Source of the DNA: an uncultured delta proteobacterium
GTDB lineage: Bacteria; Desulfobacterota; RBG-13-43-22
Reading direction: 5' to 3'
Assembly (NCBI GenBank): GCA_963711835.1
Contig: CAVQFQ010000015.1
Coordinates: forward strand, 1-64,000
Length of the DNA: 64,000 nucleotides
Part shown: positions 1-10,731 of the stretch, piece by piece
Numbering within the stretch: the first letter of the stretch is position 1
Layout: every line of letters starts with the position of its first letter
Program-made: the position numbers and the translations under genes
Notes under the pieces: generated by a model
Databases searched by the model: none
Seen by the model: the letters and a program-made list of their open reading frames with translations, nothing else
Told to the model about the DNA's origin: nothing

Positions 1-180
1 CATTGAGGAGGAAGGATAGTCAGGCCCCGGATAAAAGTCAAACGGGATTTTCAACCCGATTGATTCACTTGACAGAACGCATCTTCCATAATATATCCAA
101 ATTAAGAACCACCTATTATTCAGAACCAAAAGGGGTCAGACACCAGCAAGGGTGCCGAACCCCGATAAAGGAGGAAAGAG

Positions 181-1324
181 ATGGATTTCAATCTGACCGA
201 AGAAATGAGGATGCTCAGGCGACATGGCTTATAAATTCGCCCAAAAAGAACTGGCCCCGATCGCCCGGCAATGCGACGCCGAGGAAAAATACGACCGGGA
301 GGTGGTCAGGAAGGCCGCCGAAAACGGCCTGGTGGCCCCCTGGGCCTCGGAGGAGTATGGAGGGGCCGGTGTGGGAAGCCTGGGTACGGTCGTTATGACC
401 GAACAACTGGCCCGGGTGGACATGGGAAACTGCACCAGCATCATTACCGCCTGCTTCGGGTGCGAGGCGATCTTCGCCTATGGGTCCGAGGAGCAGAAGA
501 AAACCTACATTCCACCTGTCTGCCGGGGCGAGCAGATCAGCGCCGGGGCCTATACCGAACCGGACGCCGGGACCGACGTGGCCGGATACCGGACCCGGGC
601 GATTAAGGACGGGAAGGATTACATCATCACCGGGAACAAGATGTTCATCACCAACGGCTCGATCTGCGATTTTTTGGTGACCCAGTGTCTGACCCACCCT
701 GACGAGAAGCGGCATAACCGCTTCAGCATGATCATCGTTCCCGCTGATGCCCCGGGCCTGACCCGGAACAAGATCCATGGCAAACTCGGCATCCGGGCCA
801 GTAACACGGCCGAGGTCAGCTATGAGGAGGTGCGGGTCCCCCAGGAGAATCTGGTCGGCGGCGAAGGCCGGGGCTTCTATCAGTTGATGCACTTCTTTGA
901 TACCACCCGGCCCATGGTCTCGGCCCAGGCCCTGGGACTTTCCCAGGCCTGCCTGGATGCCGCGGTCCGCTACGCCAAAGAGCGCACCGTTTTCGGCGCC
1001 CCCCTGGGAAGCTTTCAGTTGACCCAGGCCAAACTGACCGAGATGGCCATTCGCATCGAGGCCCTGCGCAATATGGTCTACAAGACCGCCTGGCTGATCG
1101 ATCAGGGCCGTCCCGACTTTACCCTCTCCGCCATGACCAAGTATTTCGGCGGCCAGACCGCGGTCTTCTGCGCCAATGCCGCCCTGGAAATCCACGGCGG
1201 CTACGGCTATATCGAAGAATACGAAGTGCAGCGCTACTACCGCGACGCCAAAATCCTGGAGATCTACGAGGGCACCAAAGAAGCCGAGATCATGACCATC
1301 GGCAAGGCCCTGATGGCCCGTTAG
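181..1324 (+). CDS. Acyl-CoA dehydrogenase (one extra base near 217-220 separates the true start MDFNLTEEMRMLR from ORF 224..1324)
   Basis: Seen: RBS AGGAGG before ATG 181; motifs AYTEPDAGTD, GNKMFITNG, KLGIRAS, IHGGYGYIEEY, IYEGTKE are typical of the ACAD family. Confidence 0.93.
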
Positions 1325-1394
1325 GAGCCGATAGAAGGCCGGTAGAATAGTAACGCGACAGATCTAACGCGTTAAAAAACATCCCTTGTGATTG

Positions 1395-1434
1395 GGCTGC
1401 CATCCGACAATATCGGTGCTGGCGGCCTTTTTTT
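1395..1434 (+). terminator. Rho-independent terminator
   Basis: GGCTGCCA...TGGCGGCC stem followed by T7, downstream of the ACAD gene. Confidence 0.6.
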
Positions 1435-1513
1435 ATCAGCCGTCAGGCCTATTGAGGGGGGTCTCCGGGAGAGCGGCCAAGTTTTTAACTTTTTTTAGTT
1501 TTTAAGCATTCCT

Positions 1514-1547
1514 CTTGAACCCTCGAATCCCTGACCCCTTGAATCCT
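1514..1547. repeat. Octamer-type tandem repeat (CTTGAACC/CTCGAATC family)
   Basis: The same unit forms an inverted pair at 7877-7957. Confidence 0.55.
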
Positions 1548-1621
1548 GGATTATCTTCACTAATTTGGAGATGATTCATTGGATTGACATTCTTTTTACA
1601 CACAGTTATTTTACAATAAAG

Positions 1622-1956
1622 TTAAATGACCCCCGGCAAAGCCGGGGGCTTATCTTTGTTAGCCCCCCAAGGGGGCCGTTTCATGAGTCCCATGAAGGGG
1701 ACATACTTCATATTCAGACTTGGGAAGGTGGAGACGCCCATCTTTCTTTGTTTGTTCAGGAGTATATTTCTTAACGATTTTTATTCCTGACCAATGGGCA
1801 TTTCCAGAATATTTAAACTCTTAAAAGATTTTTGGTTTAATCTCCGAGTGCAAAATTCAGCGATTTATATTGGTGGTTTTTACTATTCTATTGCCTCACA
1901 CGGTCAAACCTTTCGGAGTCCCCCGGCAAAGCCGGGGGTTTACCTGTTAGAAATTA
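1622..1956. mobile_element. Non-autonomous IS200/IS605-family derivative (internal deletion, tnpA decayed)
   Basis: Identical subterminal hairpins CCCCCGGCAAAGCCGGGGG at 1630-1648 and 1920-1938, plus a second hairpin GCCCCCCAAGGGGGC; AT-rich interior with no intact transposase. Confidence 0.75.
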
Positions 1957-2103
1957 TTGTACATATCGGCTTGGCTTATGTCAAGACAATATATTTGCGG
2001 TGCACTGCCCAGGGTCGGACCAAGTGGCCGGGGGGGTGTTCGTGCAGCCGTTGCTTCGTCCAGATAATTTTGATATCGTCCACTCCACTACCTGATCTCC
2101 CTA

Positions 2104-2394
2104 TCATTTCTTGCCATACCTTGCCCTGGGCTCCTTAGCCAAAAAACCTATCTTCTTTCTGGGTCTAACCGGCGGGGCCATGAGCTGCCGGATGGCCTCA
2201 AAGACCACCTGGAACTGGCCGTCATATTTCTTTTCCAAGGCTTCCAATTTGCGGGCCAGATCATCATGAGTCAACAGCATCTGCCGCAATCGTACAAAGG
2301 CCCGCAGAATAAATATACTGACCTCAATAGCCAGAGGAGTATTCAGCACACTGGCAACCATGAGGGCACCATATTCCGTCAAGGCGTAGGGCAA
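2104..2394 (-). pseudogene. C-terminal fragment of an ORF6N (KilA-N-like) DNA-binding protein
   Basis: [17 protein letters not shown]...[10 protein letters not shown]...[12 protein letters not shown]...KIGF matches the ORF6N family; the N-terminal half is missing. Confidence 0.75.
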
Positions 2395-2472
2395 AGGGGA
2401 TAGTTGAAAGATAAAAGCCGGCGGCGGGCGAGGATATTTTCCGGGTTCCGGATCTCGTCCGGCTTTTATGGA

Positions 2473-2682
2473 TTAGCGGACCAGTCCGGCATGACTCTTT
2501 GGTGAGGCTTCGGTGGAAGTATTGGGAATAGCGATATCGATTTCCGCAGCCTTCTTTATCAACCCGAATCCTTTGCATTCCGGACAACATTGACGTCTCG
2601 GTTCAAGGACATATCCTCGGCTTTCACAGCGAGGACAAATGGTCATCCCGTATCTTTCCGGGTCAATGGTCTTCTTGTTCAC
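2473..2682 (-). CDS. Small DnaJ-type zinc-finger protein
   Basis: CPRCESRG and CPECKGFG (two CxxCxxxG repeats); RBS GGAG upstream. Confidence 0.65.
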   Translation of the reverse strand: MNKKTIDPERYGMTICPRCESRGYVLEPRRQCCPECKGFGLIKKAAEIDIAIPNTSTEASPKSHAGLVR

Positions 2683-2822
2683 TTCTTTTCTCCCGACAAG
2701 TTGTCAGCTTCATAATTTCTATGCCTTCGGCTAGTCCTTCCCCGGTTGAGGGGAAAAAGGATTAAAAATAGCAAAGCCGGAATCCGTTTGTTTTAAAAGA
2801 TAGAAGGAGGAAAGTTGAGAAG

Positions 2823-3077
2823 CTAACAGCGCAGGCAGGTGGTAAGAAGATCGACTCTGTTGAAATGAATCACTATTGGGGAGCCGAGGAAAAAGCACAT
2901 GACATGCCCTCGGTGCATTAGATCAGGAGATACCGTAATTTGGCAGACCTGAGCCACATCCAGGAATTCATCGGGATAAATGTCCTTGCAGACGGCATAG
3001 TCCGGTGCCGTAAGGATAAGAGCCGCGTTGAGGCTGATCAAGACAATCAAACCGATGAGGCCGTGAACCTTTTTCAT
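2823..3077 (-). CDS. Small exported or membrane-anchored hypothetical protein
   Basis: N-terminal hydrophobic signal; ends in ...TTCLRC. Confidence 0.5.
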   Translation of the reverse strand: MKKVHGLIGLIVLISLNAALILTAPDYAVCKDIYPDEFLDVAQVCQITVSPDLMHRGHVMCFFLGSPIVIHFNRVDLLTTCLRC

Positions 3078-3213
3078 GGATTATTCTATAATTTGGTCAT
3101 CAGGAAAAGTATATAGGGTGAATCCTGTATTTTGCTCACCAAATTGCCGTATTTTTCTATTGCTTGAAGCCGTCCCGACCCGTCCTAAATAGTCATGAGA
3201 CAAAAAATGGGAA

Positions 3214-4470
3214 TTATTTGGCGATTTGGCGGCAGTGGGTTTCTTTGGTGAAGAGAATTAGAAGGGAGGCCAGGAGGGACCAAGCCAGCATCAGCAGGAA
3301 GCCTTTCCGGTAGGCCGTTAAGTCATATATCCGGACCCCATGAATAATCTCGCCTTTCCAGTTTCGGTCCAGTATCAAGCCGATGGCCGGTTGCAGAACC
3401 ATGGGTCCGATCATGACTCCCATGTTGACGATCCCGGAAACGGTGCCGGCCAAGGCCGGAGGCACCGATTCCTTGGCGAAGGCAAAGCCGGAGGTCATGC
3501 ATCCGGAGGAAAAACCGGTCAGCAGGAGCAAAGAAAGCAAGAGAGGAAAGGGAAGCTGGGGAACAAACAAAATCAGGGACCACCCCGCTGCGGCCAGGGC
3601 GCAGCCAACGGCATAAATAGGTTTTCTTTTCCCGAGCCGGTCGGAGAAGGCCCCCAGGATCGGCCCCCCCAGGGCCCAGGCGATCAGAAGGCTTGAGGTG
3701 AGCGCAGCGGCTTTTGCCGGAGCCAGGTCATAATGGGTTATTAGAAAGGGGACGCCCCAGAGACCCGAAAAAGCCAACACCGGCCCGACCACCCCGCTGG
3801 GGGTAGCGACCAGGAGCCAGGTATTTTTATAACGGAAAACATCCCGGATACCCGTGAAAAATCCCGGGCCCGGCGACTTCCGGGGAGAAGTTTTTGGAAT
3901 TGGGGCAAAGCCGATATAGCCTATTTCCGAAGGATCATCGCGGATAAAAACCCAGGCAGCCGCGGCGATCAGAAAGATGACCAGGGCTGAGCCCACCATC
4001 ACCGAACGCCAGCCGAAGAGGTCCACCAAGATCCTTAAAGGGACCCCGGCGCTGACGGCCCCGACCAGCCCGAAAAAAAGGGCCAATCCCGAGATCATGG
4101 CAAAGCGGCGGGGAGGGAACCAGTGTGTGGCCAGTTTGAGCATGGCCACAAAGGCCACGGCCACCGATCCGCCGATCAACAGGCGGCTGGCATTAGCCCA
4201 GAAAAGGCTCGGGGCCAGCCCGAAAAAAAGCGTGCCCAGGGACGCTGTCAGTGCCCCCAGGGTCAACAATCTCCTGGCCCCCCAGGAGTCAGCCAGGGCC
4301 CCGGTGGGTATCTGCATGGCCACGTAACTGTAATAATAAAAGGCCGAAAGATTGCCCAGGGCCGCGGCCCCTATCTGAAAATCGGCCATCAGTTTATCGG
4401 TAATGACCGCCGGGGCCACCCGCAGATAAAAGCCCATTAAATAAAAAGCGGCCCCCAGGCCCCAGATCAA
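3214..4470 (-). CDS. MFS transporter
   Basis: About 12 hydrophobic segments; motif A variants GALADSWGARR and GAFSDRLGKRK. Confidence 0.92.
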   Translation of the reverse strand: MIWGLGAAFYLMGFYLRVAPAVITDKLMADFQIGAAALGNLSAFYYYSYVAMQIPTGALADSWGARRLLTLGALTASLGTLFFGLAPSLFWANASRLLIGGSVAVAFVAMLKLATHWFPPRRFAMISGLALFFGLVGAVSAGVPLRILVDLFGWRSVMVGSALVIFLIAAAAWVFIRDDPSEIGYIGFAPIPKTSPRKSPGPGFFTGIRDVFRYKNTWLLVATPSGVVGPVLAFSGLWGVPFLITHYDLAPAKAAALTSSLLIAWALGGPILGAFSDRLGKRKPIYAVGCALAAAGWSLILFVPQLPFPLLLSLLLLTGFSSGCMTSGFAFAKESVPPALAGTVSGIVNMGVMIGPMVLQPAIGLILDRNWKGEIIHGVRIYDLTAYRKGFLLMLAWSLLASLLILFTKETHCRQIAK

Positions 4471-4542
4471 CCAGGCCCGGGCGGAGGGGGGATAATCGGC
4501 TTTTTGAGAATAGGAAGGGGATGGGATAGGTTTGGTGATAAC

Positions 4543-5250
4543 TCAGGCCCTCTGCCCTAAAAAGGCCTCTTTTATTTTCGGTTCCTTCATCAATTCCTTT
4601 GAATCCCCCTTGAGGATGATTCGCCCGGTCTCCAGGACATAGGCAAAATGGGAGATCTTCATGGCCTGTTTGACGTTTTGTTCCACCAGCAGGACCGTGG
4701 TGCCGCCCCGGTTGATGCGTTTGATGGTCCGGAAGATATCGGCCACCACCAGGGGGGCCAATCCCAGGGAGGGTTCATCCAGCAGGATGAGTTTGGGTTT
4801 GGCCAGCAAGGCCCGGGAAATGGCCAGCATCTGCTGCTCGCCTCCCGAGAGGGAGCCGCCGGGTTGCCTCAGACGCTCTTTGAGCCAGGGAAACCGTTCC
4901 ATTTCCAGCTCGATATCTCCCTTAACCTCCTTATCCGTCCGGTGATAAGCGCCCATTTCCAGGTTTTCCAGAACGGTCATTTTGGCCAGGATGGCCCGCC
5001 CTTCGGGGACCAGGGCGATCCCTTTTTTTACAATCTGATGGGGCTTTAGACGGGTAATATCCTGGCCCAAAAAGGTTATCCGGCCGGTCCTGGGCCTCAC
5101 ACTTCCGGCAATGGTCTTAAGCAGGGTGGTCTTCCCGGCGCCGTTCACCCCCAGGATACTTACGATCGCCCCGGGCGGCACTTCCAGGTTCACCCCTTTC
5201 AAGGCCTTGATGTTCCCGTAGAAGGTTTCTATTCCTTCGACCTGCAACAC
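4543..5250 (-). CDS. livF: Branched-chain amino acid ABC transporter ATPase
   Basis: Walker A GVNGAGKT, LSGGEQQMLA, LLDEPSLGLAP. Confidence 0.92.
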   Translation of the reverse strand: MLQVEGIETFYGNIKALKGVNLEVPPGAIVSILGVNGAGKTTLLKTIAGSVRPRTGRITFLGQDITRLKPHQIVKKGIALVPEGRAILAKMTVLENLEMGAYHRTDKEVKGDIELEMERFPWLKERLRQPGGSLSGGEQQMLAISRALLAKPKLILLDEPSLGLAPLVVADIFRTIKRINRGGTTVLLVEQNVKQAMKISHFAYVLETGRIILKGDSKELMKEPKIKEAFLGQRA

Positions 5251-5253
5251 AAC

Positions 5254-6045
5254 CTAATCCTCTTCTTCCTCTTCCCGGCCCAGATAGGCCTCAATCACCT
5301 CCGGATTGCTTTGAATCACCTGGGGAGTGCCTTCGGCAATCTTCTGGCCGAAATTCAAGACGACCAGACGGTCGCAGACTTTCATAACCATGGACATATC
5401 ATGCTCAATTAAAAGGATGGTGATGCCCAGCTCCCGGATACCCCGGATCAACCGGGTCATCTCCTCGGTCTCGCTTTCGTTCATGCCGGCCACCGGTTCA
5501 TCCAACAAGAGCAATTTCGGTTCGCTGGAGAGGGCCCGGGCGATCTCCACCCGCTTCTGGTGGCCATAGGGCAGGCTCAGGGCCGGGGTGGTGTTGCTGC
5601 CGGCCAGTCCCACCAGATCAAGCAGGCGGTCGGTTTTTTCCCTGATTCGGTTTTCTTCCAACCTCTGGGATCCGGTCCGGAGCACGCTCCGAAAGACGCC
5701 GGACCGGCTCCGGCAATGGCGGCCGACCATGATGTTTTCTTCCACCGTCATGTGATCAAAAAGCCGGATATTTTGAAAGGTCCGGCTGATGCCCCGGCTG
5801 GTGATGCGATGGGTTTTCAGGCCGCTGATTTTTTCACCGGCAAAAAGCACTTCTCCCGAAGTGGGGTAAAGAAACGAGGTGACGCAATTGAACAGGGTGG
5901 TTTTTCCGGCCCCGTTAGGGCCGATCAATCCCAGGATTTCTCCCTCGGCCATCGAAAAGGAGACCTCATTCAAGGCCGCCAGGCCCCCGAAAACCTTGCC
6001 GACACCCCGCAACTCAAGCAGCATCGGTTCCCTTGTCCTTTCCAC
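5254..6045 (-). CDS. livG: Branched-chain amino acid ABC transporter ATPase
   Basis: [40 protein letters not shown]. Confidence 0.92.
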   Translation of the reverse strand: MERTREPMLLELRGVGKVFGGLAALNEVSFSMAEGEILGLIGPNGAGKTTLFNCVTSFLYPTSGEVLFAGEKISGLKTHRITSRGISRTFQNIRLFDHMTVEENIMVGRHCRSRSGVFRSVLRTGSQRLEENRIREKTDRLLDLVGLAGSNTTPALSLPYGHQKRVEIARALSSEPKLLLLDEPVAGMNESETEEMTRLIRGIRELGITILLIEHDMSMVMKVCDRLVVLNFGQKIAEGTPQVIQSNPEVIEAYLGREEEEED

Positions 6046-6955
6046 CTTTCAGCCATTGAACCAAGCCGGTATCGATCAACCCCTGGGGACGGAAGATCAT
6101 CATCAGGACCAGGAAGACCCCGTAAATCATATAACGGTATTCACTCACGAAGCGCAGCAATTCCGGCATCATCGTCAGGAAGGTGGCCCCGAAGATCGGT
6201 CCCCAGAGGATCTCACTGCCCCCGAAAACGGCGAAGACCAGGATCTCCACGGCCCGGTGGTAGGTAAAATCGGCCGGACTGATATACCCGGTCACATGGG
6301 CGAATAAGGCCCCGGCGAAACCGGCCATCAAGGCCCCCTGGCTGAAGGTCAGGACCTTATAATAGGTGGTGTTGATCCCCATGGCCTCGGCGGCTTTCTC
6401 ATCCATCCGGATGGCCTGAAAGGCCCGGCCGACGCGGGAGCGTCCCAGACGCCCGAAAAAGAGGATCACCAGTACGGTTATCAGAAGGAGAATGCCGAAG
6501 ACCGTCAGGCTGATGAATTCGTTATTTTTAAGTCCCAGTTGATCCGGAGAAAAGCCGGAATTCTGCAACCGGGCCAGAACAGTTCGACCCAGATGAGGGA
6601 TGCCGGCAATGCCGACGGCCCCATTGGTTAACGATTCCCAATTGATGAAAAGGACCCGGACCACTTCACCGAAACCCAGGGTGGCAATAGCCAGATAAAC
6701 CCCTTGCAGGCGCAGGGTCGGGATACCGATCAGTATGCCGATCAGGGCCGCCAGCAGAGATCCGGCGCAAATTCCAAAGGGGATGGGCAGGCCCAGCTTG
6801 GAAGTCAGGAGGGCGCTGGTATAGGCCCCGATGCTCATAAAGCCGGCATTGCCCAGGGAGAGCTGGCCGGTTGACAGGGTGATATAAATGCTGATCCCGA
6901 GCAGGATGTTGATCAGGATAAAAGAGGCGACTTGCAGGTGATAAGGGTTGATCAC
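6014..6955 (-). CDS. livM: Branched-chain amino acid ABC permease
   Basis: [32 protein letters not shown]. Confidence 0.9.
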   Translation of the reverse strand: MINPYHLQVASFILINILLGISIYITLSTGQLSLGNAGFMSIGAYTSALLTSKLGLPIPFGICAGSLLAALIGILIGIPTLRLQGVYLAIATLGFGEVVRVLFINWESLTNGAVGIAGIPHLGRTVLARLQNSGFSPDQLGLKNNEFISLTVFGILLLITVLVILFFGRLGRSRVGRAFQAIRMDEKAAEAMGINTTYYKVLTFSQGALMAGFAGALFAHVTGYISPADFTYHRAVEILVFAVFGGSEILWGPIFGATFLTMMPELLRFVSEYRYMIYGVFLVLMMIFRPQGLIDTGLVQWLKGGKDKGTDAA

Positions 6956-6971
6956 GATCCGGCCCCGGATT

Positions 6972-7856
6972 CTACCGTCTGGCCTCAGGCAGAGCCTGCC
7001 CGAAGAGACCTTGCGGCTTAATCAGTAAAATAATGATAATGGCCATAAAGGCGATGGCATCCCGATACCCGGATTGACCATAGGCCACCATAAACGTCTC
7101 GGATAAGCCCAGGATCAGGCCTCCGGCCATGGCCCCGTTGACGCTGCCCATCCCCCCCAGGATAATAATGGCCAGTCCTTTTAAACCCATGGGCAGGCCC
7201 ATCTGGTTGTTGATGTAATTGAAAGCCATGCCCACCAGGACCCCGGCAATTCCCCCCATGGAAGAGGCTACCATGACCGTGATGGTGATGATTTTTTTGG
7301 TATCGATGCCCAGTAAGCCGGCGGTCTCCAGGTTTTCAGCCGTCGCCCTCAGGGCCTTGCCGGACTTGGCTTTTTTGAGCCAGGTTGACAGACCGGCCAT
7401 GAGAAACAGGGAAATAGCCAGGATAACGATCTGGACCAAATAAATGGTGGTCGAGCCTATTTCGAATTTGATCTCGCCGAAGGAGGTCGGAAAGGGTTTA
7501 TTCCCGGCCCCGAAGAGGTGGTGGGCCAGATTTTCCAGAAAAATGGAGATCCCGATGGTGCTGATCAGGGAGGCCAAATGAGAGGCCCCTTTTCTGCCCC
7601 GGATGGGCCTCAAGGCCGACCGTTCCAGGAGATAGCCCATCAGGGCCGTAATCACGATGGCGCCGGCCAGGGCCAGCCCGATGGGGGCCCCAAATTGAGT
7701 GATGATCACCATGCCGATAAAGGCCCCGAACATGAAGATCTCCCCGTGGGCCATATTGATGATGTCCAGGACCCCGAAAACGAGGGTATAGCCCAGGGCC
7801 ACGATGGCGTAAATGCTACCTAAAGTGATGCCGTTGATTAGTTGTTCGAAAAACAA
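6972..7856 (-). CDS. livH: Branched-chain amino acid ABC permease
   Basis: QLINGITLGSIYAIVALGYTLVFGVLDIINMAHGE. Confidence 0.92.
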   Translation of the reverse strand: MFFEQLINGITLGSIYAIVALGYTLVFGVLDIINMAHGEIFMFGAFIGMVIITQFGAPIGLALAGAIVITALMGYLLERSALRPIRGRKGASHLASLISTIGISIFLENLAHHLFGAGNKPFPTSFGEIKFEIGSTTIYLVQIVILAISLFLMAGLSTWLKKAKSGKALRATAENLETAGLLGIDTKKIITITVMVASSMGGIAGVLVGMAFNYINNQMGLPMGLKGLAIIILGGMGSVNGAMAGGLILGLSETFMVAYGQSGYRDAIAFMAIIIILLIKPQGLFGQALPEARR

Positions 7857-7876
7857 CGATCTGTTCCTTGAGGTAA

Positions 7877-7957
7877 GGGTTCAAGGGGTCGAGGATTCCA
7901 GGGTTCAAGTATAAAACATTTCAGGCGACCCCTTGAATCCTCGAACCCTCGAACCCT
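7877..7957. repeat. Inverted octamer-repeat hairpin between the substrate-binding protein and permease genes
   Basis: GGGTTCAAGGGGTCGAGGATTCCAGGG ... CCCTTGAATCCTCGAACCCTCGAACCCT. Confidence 0.6.
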
Positions 7958-7966
7958 TTTTTGTTT

Positions 7967-9088
7967 TTAATTGAACAGTTGGAACTTTCCGTCTTTGATG
8001 ATCAGGACGATGGGTTCCATGATCACATCCCGCTCGGCATCAAAGGAAAATTTTCCCAGGACCCCGTTGTAATTCCGGATGCTGGCCAGGGCATCGCGCA
8101 GTTTGTCCCGGTCGGCCTTGCCGGCCTTTTTGAGGGCCTCGGCCATGATGTAGAGGGCATCGTAGGCCTGGGCGGCAAACTGATCCGGTTTCTTGCCGTA
8201 GTTTTTTTCAAATTTCTGCACGAACCCCTTTACCTTGGGGTCGGGGTTATCCCCAAACCAGGGAGTGGCCAAGATCAACCCATCGGCAGCTTCTTTGGCG
8301 ATTTCAATCACCTTGGGGGAGTTGAAGCCGTTTCCACCCACAAAGGGCACATTGATGCCCATCTTTCGGGCCTGGGTGAGGATGACCGCCCCCTCATCAT
8401 ACAGAGCCGAACATAAAATGGCATCCGGCTTGCTGGCCTTGATCTTGGTCAGTTGGGCCTTGTAGTCGGCTTGGCCTTTTTGGAATTCTTCGATGGTGGT
8501 GATCTTCAGGCCCAGGTCGGTAGCCGCTTTTTTCATAGAGTCGAATGCGGACTTGGTAAAAACGTCGTCATTGCCGTAAAGCATGGCCACAGATTTAAGA
8601 TGGTATTTGGCCACTGCCTTTTTGACCGAGGCCGGTACGGCCAGGGATTCGGGAAGGGAGTTCCGGAAGACGTATTTTCCGATCTGGGTGATCCCTGCTG
8701 CCGTGGTCGAAGTGCCCATGATCGGCACCCCGCTGGCATTGGCTTCGGGACCGACGACCTTCATCTCGGTACTCAGGGTCGGACCTAAAATGGCCACCAC
8801 CTGCTGGGAATTGATCAGTTTCTGGGCAGCGGCCAGGGCCTGTTCCTGCTTGCCGGAAGAATCTTCAATAATTAACTCAATTTTTACTTCTCCCTTGGCA
8901 TTGAGTTCATCCCGGGCCAGCTTGAAGCCGTTGGTAATGGCCTCGCCGTAAGCAGCGCCCGGGCCGGTGATGTACGAAATGACCCCGATCTTAGCCGGGA
9001 TAGCCGCTGCCTGAACCTGGGGTGCCCCGAGGGCCAGAAAAAGAATAGCCAAAATCATTAAAGAAATTGTTTTTACTGGTTTTTCCAT
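7967..9088 (-). CDS. Liv-type ABC substrate-binding protein
   Basis: Signal peptide; AAQAYDA and other Peripla_BP_6 features; first gene of the livHMGF operon. Confidence 0.9.
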   Translation of the reverse strand: MEKPVKTISLMILAILFLALGAPQVQAAAIPAKIGVISYITGPGAAYGEAITNGFKLARDELNAKGEVKIELIIEDSSGKQEQALAAAQKLINSQQVVAILGPTLSTEMKVVGPEANASGVPIMGTSTTAAGITQIGKYVFRNSLPESLAVPASVKKAVAKYHLKSVAMLYGNDDVFTKSAFDSMKKAATDLGLKITTIEEFQKGQADYKAQLTKIKASKPDAILCSALYDEGAVILTQARKMGINVPFVGGNGFNSPKVIEIAKEAADGLILATPWFGDNPDPKVKGFVQKFEKNYGKKPDQFAAQAYDALYIMAEALKKAGKADRDKLRDALASIRNYNGVLGKFSFDAERDVIMEPIVLIIKDGKFQLFN

Positions 9089-9239
9089 AACGCCCTCCAA
9101 ATAAAGTTTTTTAAGACCTTATATTTACTCCCAGATAAGCCGGTTAGTCAAATAATTTTATGCCCGCAACGGATCAGGTCTTGAAAAGGATTCGGGATTT
9201 GATTACCATGGATGGACTCGCAAAAGGAGGAATCAGCCG

Positions 9240-9656
9240 ATGATCTTTCGCACCCCCATCAAAGTCTGTTTCAGCGATATCGACAATGCCGGGATCGTTT
9301 ATTATCCCCGCTTCATGCATTATTTCCATCTGGCCGTTGAGGAATTTTTCGGCTCCGGACTGGGGATCGACTATGCCGATGTGCTGCACAAACGCAATCT
9401 CTCCCTACCCACCGTCCATGTGGAAGCCGATTTTCGCCATAGGATCCAGTACGGAGACCGCATCAATATGGAAGTGCGGATAATCCAAATCGGCCGGACC
9501 TCCATCACCTGGGGCTATCGGGGATTTCGCGGGGACACCTCGGAAGAAATTGTCGTGGAGGGGCAAAACACCACGGTCTGTGTCAAGACCGATACCTTTG
9601 AGAAAATTGAGGTCCCCGACTGGCTCAGAAAGGAATTGCAACCTTATTTAGCGTAG
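9240..9656 (+). CDS. Acyl-CoA thioesterase (4HBT/YbgC hotdog family)
   Basis: FSDIDNAGIVYYPRF motif; strong RBS. Confidence 0.88.
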   Translation: MIFRTPIKVCFSDIDNAGIVYYPRFMHYFHLAVEEFFGSGLGIDYADVLHKRNLSLPTVHVEADFRHRIQYGDRINMEVRIIQIGRTSITWGYRGFRGDTSEEIVVEGQNTTVCVKTDTFEKIEVPDWLRKELQPYLA

Positions 9657-9671
9657 CCTTTGGCCGCGACC

Positions 9672-9737
9672 AAATCCGAAGCACGAAATCCAAAATCCGA
9701 AACAAATTCGAATGACCAAGATTAAAATGATCCAAAC
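9672..9737. repeat. Heptamer-periodic intergenic repeat (AAATCCG/AAATTCG family)
   Basis: Reverse-complement copies at 20284-20338 and 49461-49533. Confidence 0.65.
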
Positions 9738-9827
9738 AGGACGGTTCGTAGAGGCGGGATTTCCCTTCGGCAGTGAGCTCAGGGTCGAGAGCCTGTCGAA
9801 AGAAAACCCGCCCATTTTGCAAAGCCG

Positions 9828-10100
9828 TCAAAAATTATAGGGGCGGGAGTCCGAGGCGCAATTAAAAAAACCCTCAATCTCATCTCCCAGGGACTGAAGA
9901 TACTCCTGAAGTTCCTTTTCGCTTCCAAAATTGAGCACGCCTACGGTCCCTGAGGCCGTCCCCATCTCCCCGGCCCTCTCTCCTTGGGCCGCAGCCCGGC
10001 GAAACAGGTCGGGATCATTCCCAAATTGCCGGGCGAGTTCTTTTTCATCAAGCCATTTTCGGGCCTGGCCATAGGCATCAAAATAAACAAAAAACTTCAT
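9828..10100 (-). CDS. Hypothetical protein, last gene of the left operon
   Basis: 90-aa ORF with ATG start, 27 nt downstream of the flavoprotein gene. Confidence 0.6.
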   Translation of the reverse strand: MKFFVYFDAYGQARKWLDEKELARQFGNDPDLFRRAAAQGERAGEMGTASGTVGVLNFGSEKELQEYLQSLGDEIEGFFNCASDSRPYNF

Positions 10101-10127
10101 GGGTAAATTAAGGAAGATGCCCCCAAA

Positions 10128-10703
10128 TCAGGCAACTGCCTTCCGGCCCAGTTCATAGGCCTCTTTCAAGGCCGCTTCGTTTTTGGCAATCTCCCCTTTC
10201 TCTGTGGCCGAAGCCATGACGGCGCCGATCCAGCGGAGCCTGGTGAAGTCCGCCGTGGTTTTAAAGCTGTGGACGATCGGGTCAGCCGTATGGGGATTAA
10301 GATCACCGCAAACGGTAATCAGCCCGATGCCTTTCCCTTTCATTTTGGGATAATAATCCTTATGCCAATTCCACTGGGCATCGAAGAAGGCGCACCAGCG
10401 GTCTAGGTAGGCCTTCATCTGCGAGGTCATGGACCAGAAATAAACCGGCCCGCTGTGGATAACGGCGTCCGCTTCCAGGATCTTGCGGCTGATCTCCGGC
10501 ATATCATCCTCAATGGCGCAGCGGCCTGTTTCATTGCACTTTTTGCAGTCCAGGCAGCCTGAAATCTTTCTCTTGACCAGGAGGATTTTTTCAACTTCCG
10601 CACCGGCCTCCCCGGCGCCGGCCAGGGCCTGATCCAAAAGCAGATCGCTGTTCCCCCCGATCCGGGGACTACCCATAATACCCAACACTTTCATAGAATT
10701 CAC
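10128..10703 (-). CDS. Iron-sulfur flavoprotein (Isf / multimeric flavodoxin family)
   Basis: GSPR, CLDCKKC-x5-C, PVYFWSMTSQMKAYLDR. Confidence 0.9.
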   Translation of the reverse strand: MNSMKVLGIMGSPRIGGNSDLLLDQALAGAGEAGAEVEKILLVKRKISGCLDCKKCNETGRCAIEDDMPEISRKILEADAVIHSGPVYFWSMTSQMKAYLDRWCAFFDAQWNWHKDYYPKMKGKGIGLITVCGDLNPHTADPIVHSFKTTADFTRLRWIGAVMASATEKGEIAKNEAALKEAYELGRKAVA

Positions 10704-10731
10704 CTCGTTAGATTTTAGCTATCATTAAAAT

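Noticed and set aside
2104-2682. Prophage
   Set aside because: Only an ORF6N fragment; no structural, terminase or integrase genes
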